Source: Raillietiella orientalis | Lineage: Eukaryota | Assembly: GCA_036172245.1 (NCBI GenBank) | Contig: JAYWIR010000010.1 | Location: forward strand, 3,534,001-3,598,000 | DNA: 64,000 nt | Reading direction: 5' to 3' | Part shown: in pieces, positions 50,801 through 63,350 of the stretch | Numbering within the stretch: position 1 is the stretch's first letter | How the letters are laid out: each line of letters begins with the position of its first letter | Notes under the pieces: model-generated | Database searches by the model: none | The model's input: the letters and a program-made list of their open reading frames with translations, nothing else | Told to the model about the DNA's origin: nothing | Made by a program: the position numbers and the translations under genes

Positions 50801-52720
50801 GTGGACCACAGGATGCTTCTGAAGATCTTGAGGAAACTGGGCTTCCCAAGTTACTGCATTCAATACGTGGAAAACACACTCGAGAAGCAGAAAGTAAGGA
50901 TTTCCATCAACGGACTACAAACAGAAGCAATTCGGATGAAAAGGGGAGTTCGCCAAGGCGACGCCCTCAGTGCGATGCTGTTCGTACTATGTATGGAGGC
51001 AGTGTCAGCACTCGCCAATAACAGCCGTTTTCAAGGAATTACTATCGATGACTAGAGGCTGACTCACCTGTTCTTCCTCAAGGATGAGAGAGATTAGCGT
51101 GCGTTCCTAGGTGTAGTTGAGCGTATGCAGAGAGGACTGGACTTGAAAAATCAATGCTCGAAAGAGTCATCTAATGCCTATCGGAATCCTGGAGCTCTCC
51201 GCTCTGACAGAGGCAAGATTCCGGGTAGCGGAAGATGTAAAGTACCTAAGTATCCACCTTGGCCATGTGAATGCATCCCAAAAGCTGTGGAAAGAGATCC
51301 TAGGGAAAACTTAAGAAGCAGATAACAAGTATACTCGAGTCGACTTCAATATGCAGCGGAGGGCCACCTTGTGGAATGGCGTTCTACTTCCCAAGGTGCT
51401 CTATGGAACCGCCTTCTGCAGAATTGATAAGAAGACTTGAGTGGAAATTGCAAGTCTACAAAGGGAAATTTTATGGAAGGAATACAGGCCGAAGGTCAGG
51501 CTCAAACTGTTGTGCCGCCCTCGAGAAGAAGGTGGAACTAGGATGAAGCTGCTAGAACAATCCGTGGAATCCATGGATGCATGGCAACTCCTGGAACACA
51601 CCAGTAACTGGGAGGACTGGCCTTTCGCAGCACACAGAGCCTACTCGAGGCTGTTGAACAACTCAAGAGGTCCGATGTCTGCGTTGATAGGTGCCAGCGG
51701 AGAGTGGGTGAACATCGACCCCAAATGGAAGCGGAAACAGGCACTGCTGAGAATTCACCGATTCAAGATCGTGTCCAGAAGCAAAGTATGGGAAGAAGAG
51801 AGGTGATTTTGTACCCATCCATTCTGTACCCATCCCAAGGGAAATTGCAAATTGAGTTCACCAGAGACCAAGGCTAAAGATAGAGCAGTGCGAACAGTTC
51901 GACACAAGTGTGAATCGCTACCATATGCAACTGTATCGCTTGACCATAGACATAAAAGGAAAACTCAATCATCGAACACTGAAACTTTAGAAACAGCTGC
52001 CGCAACAAGCGTGGATGCTGATGATCAAAGCCAATATCAACAAAGAAACGTTAAAGAAATACCAGGATAATGATGTCCTCGATGCAGCCTTGAGCCGCTA
52101 CTCACTTACACACGCAAATGTGCTGGACGTAGGGGGATAGTCACTCATGAGTTACCTTCCCCCGGGCACTCAGAACAAATTCCTATTGTTTCACCATAGA
52201 GGAATGCTAAGTGGTTCCAGAGTGCGACACTGGACCAGGAACATCCAGGACGGATTCTGCAAGCTGCTCCACGTGTTCATCTGCCCAACGCTGCGAACCG
52301 CTTGGCAATCGGTGAAGGAGGTGACCTGTCTGCGGAGAAAGAGGAAAATGGAAATTTTGGCGGGTTTGTTTCAGGGGATGGAATTGTTCCCCTGTGCAAC
52401 CCGATGGTACTCACTACACTTGCCCTCTTCATTCCAGCTATTGTGATCAGGAGAGGAAAGATGCATACGTCCGGAAGAAGGGCATTAGCATGGGAGATTT
52501 TAAAAGGTCTATTAAGAAAGAAATCGGGATCAGGAACTGTGGAAGAAGCCTAGCTTGGACATACTGCCACAGTCTCCGGAAAATGGATGAGTACGCCCAG
52601 GAAGGAGGGACAGACCCTGCACACGCTAATCCGAAACAGAAAGACGGATAAATGAAGTGATAGTTGAAAAATCAACGTAATGATAAAAGACTGATCTGTA
52701 AAGGTTGTTTTGAATAAACT
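47830..52720 (+). mobile_element. Near-full-length degenerate Tx1/L1-clade LINE (ORF1, APE, RT, zinc finger)
   Basis: ORF1: SYAAVA, an RRM-like region and the FCAGCKEFGH knuckle (~48480). APE: ASWNVNG, CLQETH, KGVASL, VNMYSP, IGDLN, VDHVL, SDH (49180-49810). RT: GPDS, WRPIFILNTD, LDF.DMEKAFDTVDH, GVRQGDALSAMLF (50400-51000). Then YLS, LCRPREEGG, a degenerate C..H..C finger, and AATAAA at ~52713. Confidence 0.92.
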
Positions 52721-53649
52721 CATCCCTCTGCTGGTTGGACTGGAGAACTAACTGTAGGTAGATGAGAGCATAATGTAGGGGCTCCGTGCCGCATGAGCTG
52801 AGTTTGTTGAGACTCTAGAAGAGATGACAGTGAGGCAGAGTAGTGACTGAGGAGCAGATCGGTGCGTTGTTTCGGGAGGGCAGCTGCTCCTCCGTTCCTC
52901 CTGCATCTCTTCCTCGTCCATCATCTCCGTCATATCTGTCGCCAACGGCACCATCTTCATCTTCTTCGTCTTCGTCATCGACATGTGGCATGACCCCCAC
53001 GGTCACTACCGTTCTTCTCCTCCTCCTCTTGCATTCTCCCTCTTCTCTTCCTCATTCTTCTCTGATGAGCAGGGAGGATAAGGAAGGCTCATTAGGATTT
53101 CCCAACCTACTCATTAGGCCGTCATTTCGCAAGTTCCATGCTGCAGCGGCTCAATACCAGAGAGCTCATCTTGGAGACCAGGAGGTGCCATCATCAGACG
53201 TGACCCAAGGCTCTCGGAGGGGAGACAACAACGTCGGAAACTTTGCGCACGTCTAGGAGTAGGGGAGAAAGCCATTCCGTGCCCCTCGTGGCCACTATAT
53301 TGAACCACGTTTTGGAAGTGGACAGGATGCTCCTCTCATGTCGCAGGTTGACCCGGTATTGCAGTGCCTCCGGGATCGGCCTATCATTCTTCCCTTTATG
53401 GGAGGACCGCCACACGAATGCAGAGTCGGGTTCTGGGCGATTTCTTCCTCCAGTAAACTCCGCGAGCACATGGAAGAGAGCAGGAGGAGGTGTATGAGCC
53501 GCTTCCCTGTTGTTTCGACGAGATGTCCGTAAGCAGGCAAGCGATCTCCAATCACTGTTCATTTCCATGGAGTAGGTTCCCTTAGTTTCGGATCTGCTTT
53601 GTTACCGGTTCGGTGTTTTATTGCGATTCCATTCGTTTCTCCTTGCGGA

Positions 53650-55700
53650 CGCGTTCAGCTGCTCGTTGTTCTTCCCGCAGTCGTCCGACCGTGGGTCACG
53701 CGAGCGTGCCGGAAGGTGGGAACCGCCCTCTTCCCAGCTGCTGGGTGTTGACTGTCGCCGCCTATGTGGCGCCCCCTCAGGGTCGGTGGCTTTATCAGGG
53801 CAGTCGCTGCTCACTCCTCAGCGAATTCCGCAGCTTCTGCGGTCGCCATCGCTGTTTTGCATCCATGGGGGAACCAGCTCTTTCCGTGGGATGCGACTCG
53901 ACCCTCGATTCGCCCTGCAGAGCCCGGTGCTGCTTACCATATTTGGCTTTCTGGTGGAGCTCACGGATCCGACATTCCGAGGGTCAGAGTTCAAGTGAAG
54001 TTAAGGCTTCTGACCCATCGAAACTTCGTGAGCAGGTCGAGATCCAACCCCTAGGCCGCTGCAATCATCCTCTTTACTGGAGGAGGCTTTCATGAGCGCC
54101 AGCTACTCTGTGAAAAACTTCAAAGGGGACCAGCAGCTACTAGAAGGCTCGGTTCGCCTTTCCCCACAGCACCCAGTCCTTACGACCTGTTTGGCCCGCG
54201 GATGTCGCTGTCGGCCTCGGTCTCCGACTTGGAATTTTCCGCATTCCATCGCATATCCAGCTCGAAAAATCGCGCCAGAACCGGGGTAAGTGGCAAGGGC
54301 GGGAGAAAGCTGTCTGGGGAGACATGTTTAGAGTGTTGCAGCAGACCGGAAGACCTAGAATGACTTTTCCAGAAGAGTAAGGGAGAGGGGAAAGAGGGGC
54401 TATCGAACTGGAATGGAAGGGGAGAAAATCAGGAGGGAAGGGGGTCGGGATCGTCTCTGCTGACGAGCTTTTGCTCAAATCATCTTCCCCAATGTCAGCA
54501 GTTACCTCCAGCGCTTTCAGCACTTGAGATGTGCATCCGGTGGAAGTTGGACAGACAGGTGTAACGTGTGCAATGCTCACGTGTGATATGTACACTGCAG
54601 ACGTTCCTGAAGCGGCGAGTCACTTCGAATCGTGCCGTGGCGGGGAGTGCGTCCTTTTTCTCAAAGGCAGTAGGAAACATCAATCCACTGATCTATACAG
54701 AATGCAGAGGCACTCATGCAAGAGGATGAGCAACGATTGCAAGGATTTCGGCCGAATCGAGGAAAGCTGAGGAAAGATTGACTAGCATCACTCAGCAGAG
54801 AAAGAACCACTTGAGTGCGTAAAGGCACGATTAGTGATTGCTGAGTCTTCAGGGAACTTCTGCAGTGCAGAAAGTGGTAAAGAAGGACCAAAGAGGGAAA
54901 TAACCAAAGTGCTTGTCTGTGAAATGCCCACAAAGTGTTCCAAAAGCACGCCCTAAGGCTGCCCCCAAAACCCCTTCTCGCAAGAGCGAATCAGCTGACT
55001 ACCTCCATTCTACTGAAGCAGAGGAAGAAGCATCGGGAATTCAACTGCAAAGGTGTAGAAGACCAACATCACAGCAACTCTCCTCTTTCGACATCAATAT
55101 TGAATTTATGTTCTCTTGCGCTGCTGCTGAATTAACAGGCGGATCTTTTCCATTGCCGAATCGAATCCATATTATGTCATCGGTCAATAACGAAAGTGCA
55201 AGGAGCAGCTTCTGCTGCTTCGCATCTTCTCGTAGTTCGCAAAATCTACGTGAGCAGTAACTGGGAGAGGACAAATCCCGAAGCTGATTCAGAGAAATGC
55301 ACTTCCGCATTTGGAGCCCACAGACTCCAGGAAGTCTAAGACTCCAGGGCTTCCAGGTTTGAACCTGAGCGGAAACCAAAACTGCCCCGCGCTACCTCCG
55401 TGCTTCTTTTGCTTACCCAACAAGTCCGTCGGCTGCTACTTCCTCTGCGATTTTCAGGAACAAAAAGTGGAAGAAAATCAATCCAGAGTATCGAAGTTTC
55501 TGATCTTGTTCTGCATCTGTCTGGTCTCATCTCACATGCTCCTTCAGCTGATCAGCAACTCCCTGTGAATGTTTTCCTCGATGGATGGAGCTGCAAAGGC
55601 TATCCGAAATGCATGAATTCGTATCTTCCAGTGTACTTTCAAATCTCATTTATTAGAGATGCCGAGAACCCCGGTTGCAATGTTAGGAGATCATGATACG
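53650..55700 (-). mobile_element. Transib (RAG1-core-related) DDE transposase relic
   Basis: Minus-strand order: LLALSLL..ILMSKEESCCDVGLLHL; RRGFGGS (KWG.DG-like); QSLIVPLR..GRNPCNRCSSSC (S.VPL..W.NP.PSS..CRP); GLDLDLLTKF (G.D..LI.RF); SHPTEKSWFPHG (PT.HK.L.HG); AEE (SEE); ARSRDP (L..SDP). Many frameshifts. Confidence 0.55.
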
Positions 55701-56749
55701 CAGTTTCCCATCCACCACTCTTCGTTGACATGGGATCCGGGGAATATCTCAAGAAACCACATTTGTTTACCAAAGACTCAAGCACAAATGAACCGACTAA
55801 ATGAAAAAACACACAAAAAAGAAATGTATTTCGAGAACTCGAAGTAATCATCACAGTGATAATTAAATAAAGCACGGTTTTAAATAGATTTGCGTGCATA
55901 AAAACTCGGGACCATAAAAGTCTTTATCAGATGTCAATTCCACTCTTCGCCTGCAAGCAGTTACCCATGTTTTTTTTCTAAGGAAAGGAAAAAAAAATCC
56001 AAGTTAGTGTTAAGTTCCAAGTTATTAAATTCCAAGTTATTGATCATTCCTTAGTAATAACTTGAATTAGATCAACTTATAGCCGGGAATGAATCGGTAA
56101 CTTTCGTCAGAAAGGTCAGTAGATCAGTGGCTTCGATGTAAAGGATAGGGAGAATACATTAAATGAATTGAGGTTTCCACCCTTCCCTCTCTTTGGTGTC
56201 TCACTTGCTACGAGAAAGCCCCGTGCAGATTCGTAGGAAACTTGGGAACAAGAGGAGTAAGCATTAGACGTTCTGGCAGACTCCTCTCGAGCAGACGAAG
56301 TCCTCTGCATTTATCCTTCGCTGGAAAAGAGACGAAACCACTCAGACTCATTCAAAAAGTGGGAGCGGTTTGGGAGAATCCTCAATCTTCAACACATAAG
56401 AGAAAGCTCTTTTGATTTTCCAGGAAACGCTGTTCTCCAGGGAAAGCACTTTGTCCACCCTCCTAATAAATAACGAATGAACCAAACACCGGGATGCTTT
56501 GACTTTTTTACACTTTTAGATTGGGCTTTCGGTGAAAAGTAAGATCAAATTAGGATGCCTACGGCTAAAAAAAAAATATCGAACGAACAAACCGCGACGG
56601 TTTCCTCACCACTTTGCTCCACCTGGTTTGAAGTGTGTTTCATTGGAAAAATTGCTAAGGTTTCAATACAATGAGGTCCAAGTGAGCCTCCTGTCTCTAT
56701 CGCCCGCGAGAGATAGAGCCGACCTAATACGCAGAAGGATGTGGATGAG

Positions 56750-58110
56750 ATGTAGGCATTCCCCTACGCCACGTCCTTGGCTACTCGCTAACCACTGTAC
56801 GATGACCACCGAACGACACGACGGAATGGTGGTACAAATTCAGGGAGCCCCCTCTCAAACAGTGAGGTCTGGTGACTTCCAACTGGCCCAGCCCAGGAGC
56901 AGAACCTGGGTTCAGATCAGATTGGGTGCTCCATCAGTCATCACCCTAGACGCGGTATTTCCGCAAGAACTCTACTCCAAGTCCGAGGCAAAAGAAGGAT
57001 AGCAAAGTATTGACCTTCCAGTTCATCTCGAAGTTTCGGCTACCGTGTAGGCAGCCGTCGTTGTGTCTTCGGAATCGTGGGATCCAATGAATGATGATGT
57101 ATGAAGGGCGCTGCAGAATGGTCCAGAGAAAAAAAAAAAAAAAAAAAAACGTTAGGAAGGCTATGATCTGCACGTGCATGCGGTATTCCAGGAACATTTA
57201 TCGCCCATCCTTTCAGTGGATTCGTCCGGAAGACAGGTTGATCCCAGCAGCAGGCTGGAACCAGTTGCTTGCTGCGAGGCTTTGTCATGGCAGAAAGGGA
57301 TGATTTACGGGCGCGTTTTCGGGAAGATAAGCAGCGATTTCGAATGCTCACCAGCCTGGTTTCTTCAGTTCCCAGACGCGGTATACTAACGCCTGCTTTG
57401 TTCGTATTTAGCAGGAAGTGAATGGGAACAAACATATGGGGATGACCGGAAGCGGGTTCCTCTTCTTTCTCGGAAAGAGTTAAAAATAAGCTGGATGCAA
57501 TCTCCAAGACTCAGCGGGAAAACATCCTCATCCTGTCTGACAATGTTTACAGTTTGCGGATGCTGCCAAGAACACCTGAATGCTTGCGCCATGCCGCACG
57601 CATCATCACACTGTCGAATAGAGAAAGTACTTTGCGATGAACCTCTGGCGTATCTGTCTTTCCTACCATGTTATCTTCCTCCCCCACTTCCCCACTCCTA
57701 GGTACGCATTCCATTCGAAGACGGGTGCTGAGGTAAGATCTGCCGCCTCCCTTCGGCAGACGTTGGCAGAATCGCGACAGCAGAGGTCCTTCCGACCACG
57801 GGGATTTCCGAGCCACTCTTTTTCTTCTGGCCGAAAACGCACGGAGCTGTACGCGCTCTCCAGCTTGAGTTGTCTGCTGGTGGGCGAAACGCTGAGGCGC
57901 CTCCTCTGGTTTCCCGAGAAAAGTCTGCGGAAGATGCATTTTTGCGTCGTTCCAGGGAAGCGGCTCAGGAGAACCTCCAGTTGATCCCGAAGGCGATCCT
58001 ATCCATCTCAGATGAGCATCCACGACCTCCGAAGCGACTTTTCCTTTTCGTGCAGGCGACCTTGAAAATCACATCGTGCGCTTTCCGCATCGTCCCGTTT
58101 TCGCCGTGGC
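56750..58110 (-). mobile_element. Ty3/Gypsy LTR retrotransposon gag-protease relic
   Basis: ORF 57547-58023 AHLRWI..PWNDAKMHLPQTF..QAGERV..LLSRFCQRL fits Retrotrans_gag; downstream RNFEMNWKV..LGVEFLRKY fits the end of the aspartic protease (ILG.DFL). No LTR pair found. Confidence 0.6.
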
Positions 58111-59079
58111 AAACCTGGATCGTTCGAACAGGAATCGCTTCCAGAGTGGATGATTTCTGCCTCTATTACTTCGCGCTCGGAGGATATGGAAATCCCAACA
58201 AAAACACAAAAAATCTTTTTATGCCCCCTCCTGTTCTCACGACGTCCCATCGGGAATGAAACACGGCAGTAGTGATTCGTGCGAATGGTGTTCAGCGCGA
58301 GGTGTGTGTTCTGCTTCCAAGAGACTGGCTCCTGTGCTGATGTACCGGAAACTGCCTACTTGGTTTCCCGTGTTATTGCCTTGTGCACAGGCAATAACAC
58401 GGTCTGGGAGCGACAACGAGGCGTGATTATTGCCAGTACCCTCCCGGGACGTTTCATTTCCAGCTGTCGGGACCTCGCTCGCTCGCGCTTTCGTTCCTCG
58501 AGACGGACCACGTCGGCCGTGACCTAATCGAAGGTTCCTGCCCTTCGACGCAAGTCTCTTTATCATTCTGAGATCGAACTTCAAGTCATCACCGGATCCT
58601 TTGAGTAGAGCCTACTTTCCCCCTCTCTCCCCCCCCCTCTCTCTCCACGAGGGAAAAGTACTCTCGGCTCATTGAGGTCACGGGACGAAGAGGGTTCTCT
58701 CCCCACCCTCCCCCTTGCGAGGTTTCCCGTCGGTGTCAGTTCGGCAACTCATTTTGAAGCGCGAAGGGCCAGACAAGTCGTCTTCTGTTTTCCAATTTGC
58801 GGGACTCAGCGCCAGCGTGGTCCCACCTCGCGGGAGGTTTCCACGAGGAGCGTGGATCGACTTTTCTTCCGGACATCTCAATCAACAGAGGCTTCCCTCG
58901 CGTTTCGACGTAGGGTCTCCTGGGTCTGTGTCAACAGCAAAGAGCTTCAGCATTGACAGGAAATGTGTGCGCGTCCCCTAACCATTGTCCTCTAATTAAC
59001 TGACCGATCTTCAGCAAACATCCCTGTTTTTTTTTTTTTTTTGACACATCAGGCGAGCATTTCTTTTCTCCCCAACGAG

Positions 59080-60150
59080 CGATTTTATCTGATGTCTTCT
59101 GATCTCACACGTCGGATTCTTCTGAATGCTCCGGTGGAGCCATCGCGCCTCCGAACCGATTGCAGGACGTCTTCCACCAGCTTCCAGTTCATTTCGCACA
59201 AGTGTTGGGTCTCGGTGGAAGGGGCTCACGTCCAAACGCTCCAGGCTACAACGATGCCGACCCTTCCTAAACACCCATTGCGTCATCTTCTACTTCGTTT
59301 TGGTTTCAAGCCTCCCTGTAGACAATGTTTGATCTTACAGCTGTCTCTCAGGGACCTCATCAAAGCGAACGAGCAAAGTACACAGGATGGACGCTGCACA
59401 GAATGCGTTACAAAATCGATGGTGGAGAAAAACTGCCCGGCTCCACCGTTGTTTTGAACCCGGTCACGCCGGGACGTTTGTTCGAAACAGGTAAACTTCG
59501 CCTCACGTGCCCCGGAGGCACGACTCAGGGAACGCCCACAACGCAGACCGACGGTCAAGAAACACAAAAAGGCGCTCGTACGGAAGGGTTGAAGAGGCAG
59601 TGAGGGGTCAAGATGAGTGATAAATACAAACATACGTGGTGTAGGGGAAAACACCAGGCGCAAACACGTATCTCTTCCGGAAAGTTCTCCGGTGGAGAGA
59701 GGACCATGTTTCTGCGCACCAGATCTTCCTTATAGCCTTCCTGCAATCCGGTGGCGCCTTCTTTCATTTTGGGACGGAGGTGAGGCCGTATCGCTATCCA
59801 CATCGTCGGATGGATGGGATCTAGCGGCTGGCCGTCCTCCGGTGCTGACGTTGCTCCACCGTCTGGAGATTCGCGACTGCTTCAAGGATGCAACACCGCA
59901 TCGGCAGAGGTCCAGAGGTTGATCAAGGAGACAAGATTCTTCGAGGTTGGAGTTCAAGACGATTCTGGGAACTGGCACACAGGTGGGTGCCGCCGCAGGA
60001 TGTGTGGTCCACAAGAGGGACGGCTTTCGATCGCAGCATGGGACGAAGGTTCACCCCAGCACACGCATCATCCGACCAAACGAGGAAGGCAACTCGATCA
60101 CAAATGTCAAGAGACTAGAATTTGCCTCGGACACTCACAATGAGGTCCCA
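59080..60150 (+). mobile_element. Probable 5' part of another LINE (ORF1 remnant and APE endonuclease remnant)
   Basis: RILLNAPVE..FGFKPPCRQC (ORF1-like), then INTNIRGVG..RRK, GGEAVSL..D..GR (APE N-terminal motifs). Confidence 0.4.
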
Positions 60151-60839
60151 GAACACCAGGATCTGCAAAAGTGCAAAGACCTTCGCAAAGCCGATCATCG
60201 TTTTCCCCCACTGGCCTTTCTGTTTTTTTCTCTCGGTGGTGATTAGACGAGCGAGGTCGGTTGGAAGCTCTTGGAGACTGCTGTGGAGATGCCTCCTAAG
60301 TTCAGGGTTGTCTCGAGGCAGTGATCGCAGCGATGCCTCTTATAGCGCCTCTGTTTGCCCCATTGCGAGTGCGCCTTCTCACCCAAGAGCTGTCGCTAGG
60401 AGGGAGAGGATGCACGCATTTGCGAAGCGTCTCCAAGACGACGAATCCCCCCTCCCCCTTCCTCAAAGCCGTGCACTTGAAGAGGAGGAAGGGGAGGCAA
60501 GGAGGAGCAATCTTCCGCTCCTTCTTCCCCCTCCCTCTCAGAAGGAATCTCAGTTGATCCCCCACTGTAAATATACGGTTTGTACCACAGAGCGTTTAAC
60601 TAGCAGTCGGAAGCCATTTCCCTTGTGGACCACCCCGCATCCACCTGTGCGCCACCGTCTCCATCACATTCAGTACCGGGGGATTACAAATCCAGCCATT
60701 TCGACCTCCCAAGTTTCCAAGTTTCAATCTTCACCCCAAAAAGAAAACAAAATAAAACGAAACGAAATGGAAAACGAACCCGATGCTTCCTCTGCTTTCT
60801 AATTTAGATGCAGCTTAGATGTAAACATGGAAACTTTGC

Positions 60840-61720
60840 CAGAATCGTCGAGATGCAAATGGAGGATTCCTCCGAGGAAAGATTCCTCCCTTTAAGTGTG
60901 ATCCAGTCGTGCGTGTCGTGTGCAAAGCATCGCGCCCATCACACATGTTCACTCGGTATCCACGTATACCATGAAGTTGTATGGTAGAGGAGGAGGAGGG
61001 AGTCCATGGAGATTTAGAGGGCCGGCAGAATCGAAGTGTCTCACAAACCAAGGAGAACTCGGAATACGTTGATGGACATGACACAGATTTTCCAAGACCT
61101 CAGAACGGTACAATCATGGCGTGTGCGGTACCACAGGAAGGCCGGTTTGCCCGTCTGGCAAAAATGGCGCTGATGATTTCGGAAATGGTTCCTGTGGGAA
61201 AAAGGTGGCTGCCTGATGAAAAGTGTCTGCGAAACTGTAACTGGCTTTGTTTTCCTTGTATGGCTTCTCGAAATGACTCTCGGATGAGCACAACTTTCGG
61301 GACGGTTTCTGCATGCTTCCTGCGCATGCAAGAAACGTCTGCAGAAACCTCATGGTCTGCAGCGCATCACCACTTCTGACGTTCTCTCCTTGGTTCCCTT
61401 TCTCTGTTGCTCTGTTCACCATTCTTCTTAGCCACATCACTGATACGTCCTGTTCTCCCATGTTCTCCGATGGCAACGATACCGTCGTACATCCTTCTAT
61501 GGACGTGCACAGAATGTGTGCAGAAGAGCCCCCGAGAGAAGGAGGCTATCACAATTAGTGGTTGCAGTTCCAGACTCAGCTGAACCGAGTCCCCCGAAAC
61601 GTGGGATTAGGAGCTATCGACAGGAGGTTAGCCATTTGAGGCTGCACAAGGAGGAGCAGAGCTGAAGAAGCGAACGAAACCAATCAGTGCCGCTGCTCTC
61701 TTCCCTACAATCAAATGATC
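60840..61720 (-). mobile_element. Non-LTR RT N-terminal relic, probably RLE class
   Basis: DVSVMWLRR..GNQGENV (APG.D-like), KVVLI, FPTGTISEIISAIFARR (RPI.L..T..K..S.ILARR-like), and WITLK/GGIF..PP (G..QG.PLSP-like). Confidence 0.4.
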
Positions 61721-61989
61721 CCTATAATCAATTGAGGAATGTAGGAGCTTTCATCATGCCTTGGTTGTGGACGGCTGTCAGTGATGCATCCCCGAGGTTT
61801 TCGAACTTCGTTGCCATAGGAAACGATGATTCATGAGAGCTGTGTAATACTCTGATCCAACTGCTCTTGGCACTCAACTGTCCTTGAGGTTTTTCCTGTA
61901 CATGATCTGCAATGTGAATTTTCTAGCATCGAGTGGGCCGTAAACAAGCTGAAGGGACAAACAGTGCTCACACAACAAAATTCTCAAGG

Positions 61990-63350
61990 ACAGAATCGAT
62001 ATAAGACAGCTGAAACAGAAGGCAATCTGCGAGATAATTTTGCACTTGCGTGATGTGTGCAGAAGATTAAAAATTGAACTCCGGAGAAAGCAAGCATCAC
62101 CGCAAGATGGCTGCCACAGTTCCAGACTCTTCTATTCCATTTGCAACTTCTTAATATTAAAAAATGATCTACTCGGTATGGACACGCTCTGTGGACTCGA
62201 GAGAATATTTCAAATGTTAGTGGAAAATGGTCATTTCGATTTAAAGAAGTACAAAATGCAACGGCACGAAACTTTCTACTGCTGGTGAACTTGGCCGACA
62301 AAGCCAAGAGTTTGCCGCAGCTGCTCATAGGAAATCCTGTGACAAAGAAGCGTCTTGAGGATCGATATTTCTTTTCTCTGCTACATCTTCACGAATTTCG
62401 GCGGCTAATTGAAGCCGATTCGGCGGGAGGAGACTGAATCATCGCGCGTAAGTTCGGAGGGGTGGCGCCTTGGCTGAGGCGATGAGAAAATTTGAAATTT
62501 GAAACTGGAGTCGCAGCAGAGACAGGACATTTTTCTTTCAGCTCCGGCCGCTTCCAGTGAGAAAGCATGAATATAAGATCTCAGGAAAGAGCCAGGTCGC
62601 GCGACGCCCTTAATGCATTTCCCCCAAAGAGTTCTGGAAAAGTTTTCGCGCAGCTGCGGCTCCCACTTGGATGGCGCAAGCCTGCTGACGACCTCGACGA
62701 GTCCACAAAGAGTGTGCAGTTCCGACGTACGCCTTCTTCGCAAAAGACCATTGCGATTGGTTTCCGAATAGAACGAAATTCCTTTCTTTCTGGCTTCTCA
62801 AACAGTCTGCCGGTCACTCAAGACGTGGGACATGTCAGGCACTCCAAGTGGAAAGCCCTTCCTCTTTTTGGGAAATCGGGTCGTAACCAGATACCTGCGC
62901 AGCTGCTGAGTTGTCCAGGTGTCGATTAAGCGAGCTAAGTCTAGACGATGTATCAAAAGAACCGATCTTTGCGTCCTCGACGGAACGTCGTCCTGTTATC
63001 TGCTTCATCCGTTGGTGATTGAACGCTCTCTTGTTAAGCATCGTGGATTCAGTCTACTCCCTATAACGAACAGAAATACCGCGGCCATCGAGGTCCAATT
63101 TACCCTCGAAGCTCGTGTGCCAGACACTGGAGGTGGTTTTTCAGCAGCTCGGAATCATTCTTCTAAGTTCTCCCATCTACGAAACAAGTTCCGAGTCCTT
63201 ATGCAGCATTCAGATGCAATTTCCGGGTTCATTTCCAGGTTCAATTTCCGGTGCTTCTCGTTGGTAATTTCTTGGAGTTTTCTGCAGTTCTCATGGAAAA
63301 CGCAAATGCCTCGCTCTTGTTCCCGTGCGCTTGAGATACTGCGACGAATG
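61990..63350 (-). pseudogene. Second NACHT/NLR-type relic
   Basis: LEE*FRAAEKPPPVSGTRA/EGK (broken Walker A); TLFVDSSR (sensor-1-like); IKG; FVPLHFVLL (HD1 P.LL); EFNF*..HITQVQNYLA (F.F.H.T.QEYLA). Confidence 0.4.

Noticed and set aside
52760..53570. Acidic low-complexity stretch and ORF next to the Transib relic, considered as a RAG2-like or Ulp1 cargo gene
   Set aside because: No kelch/PHD pattern or protease triad recognisable.
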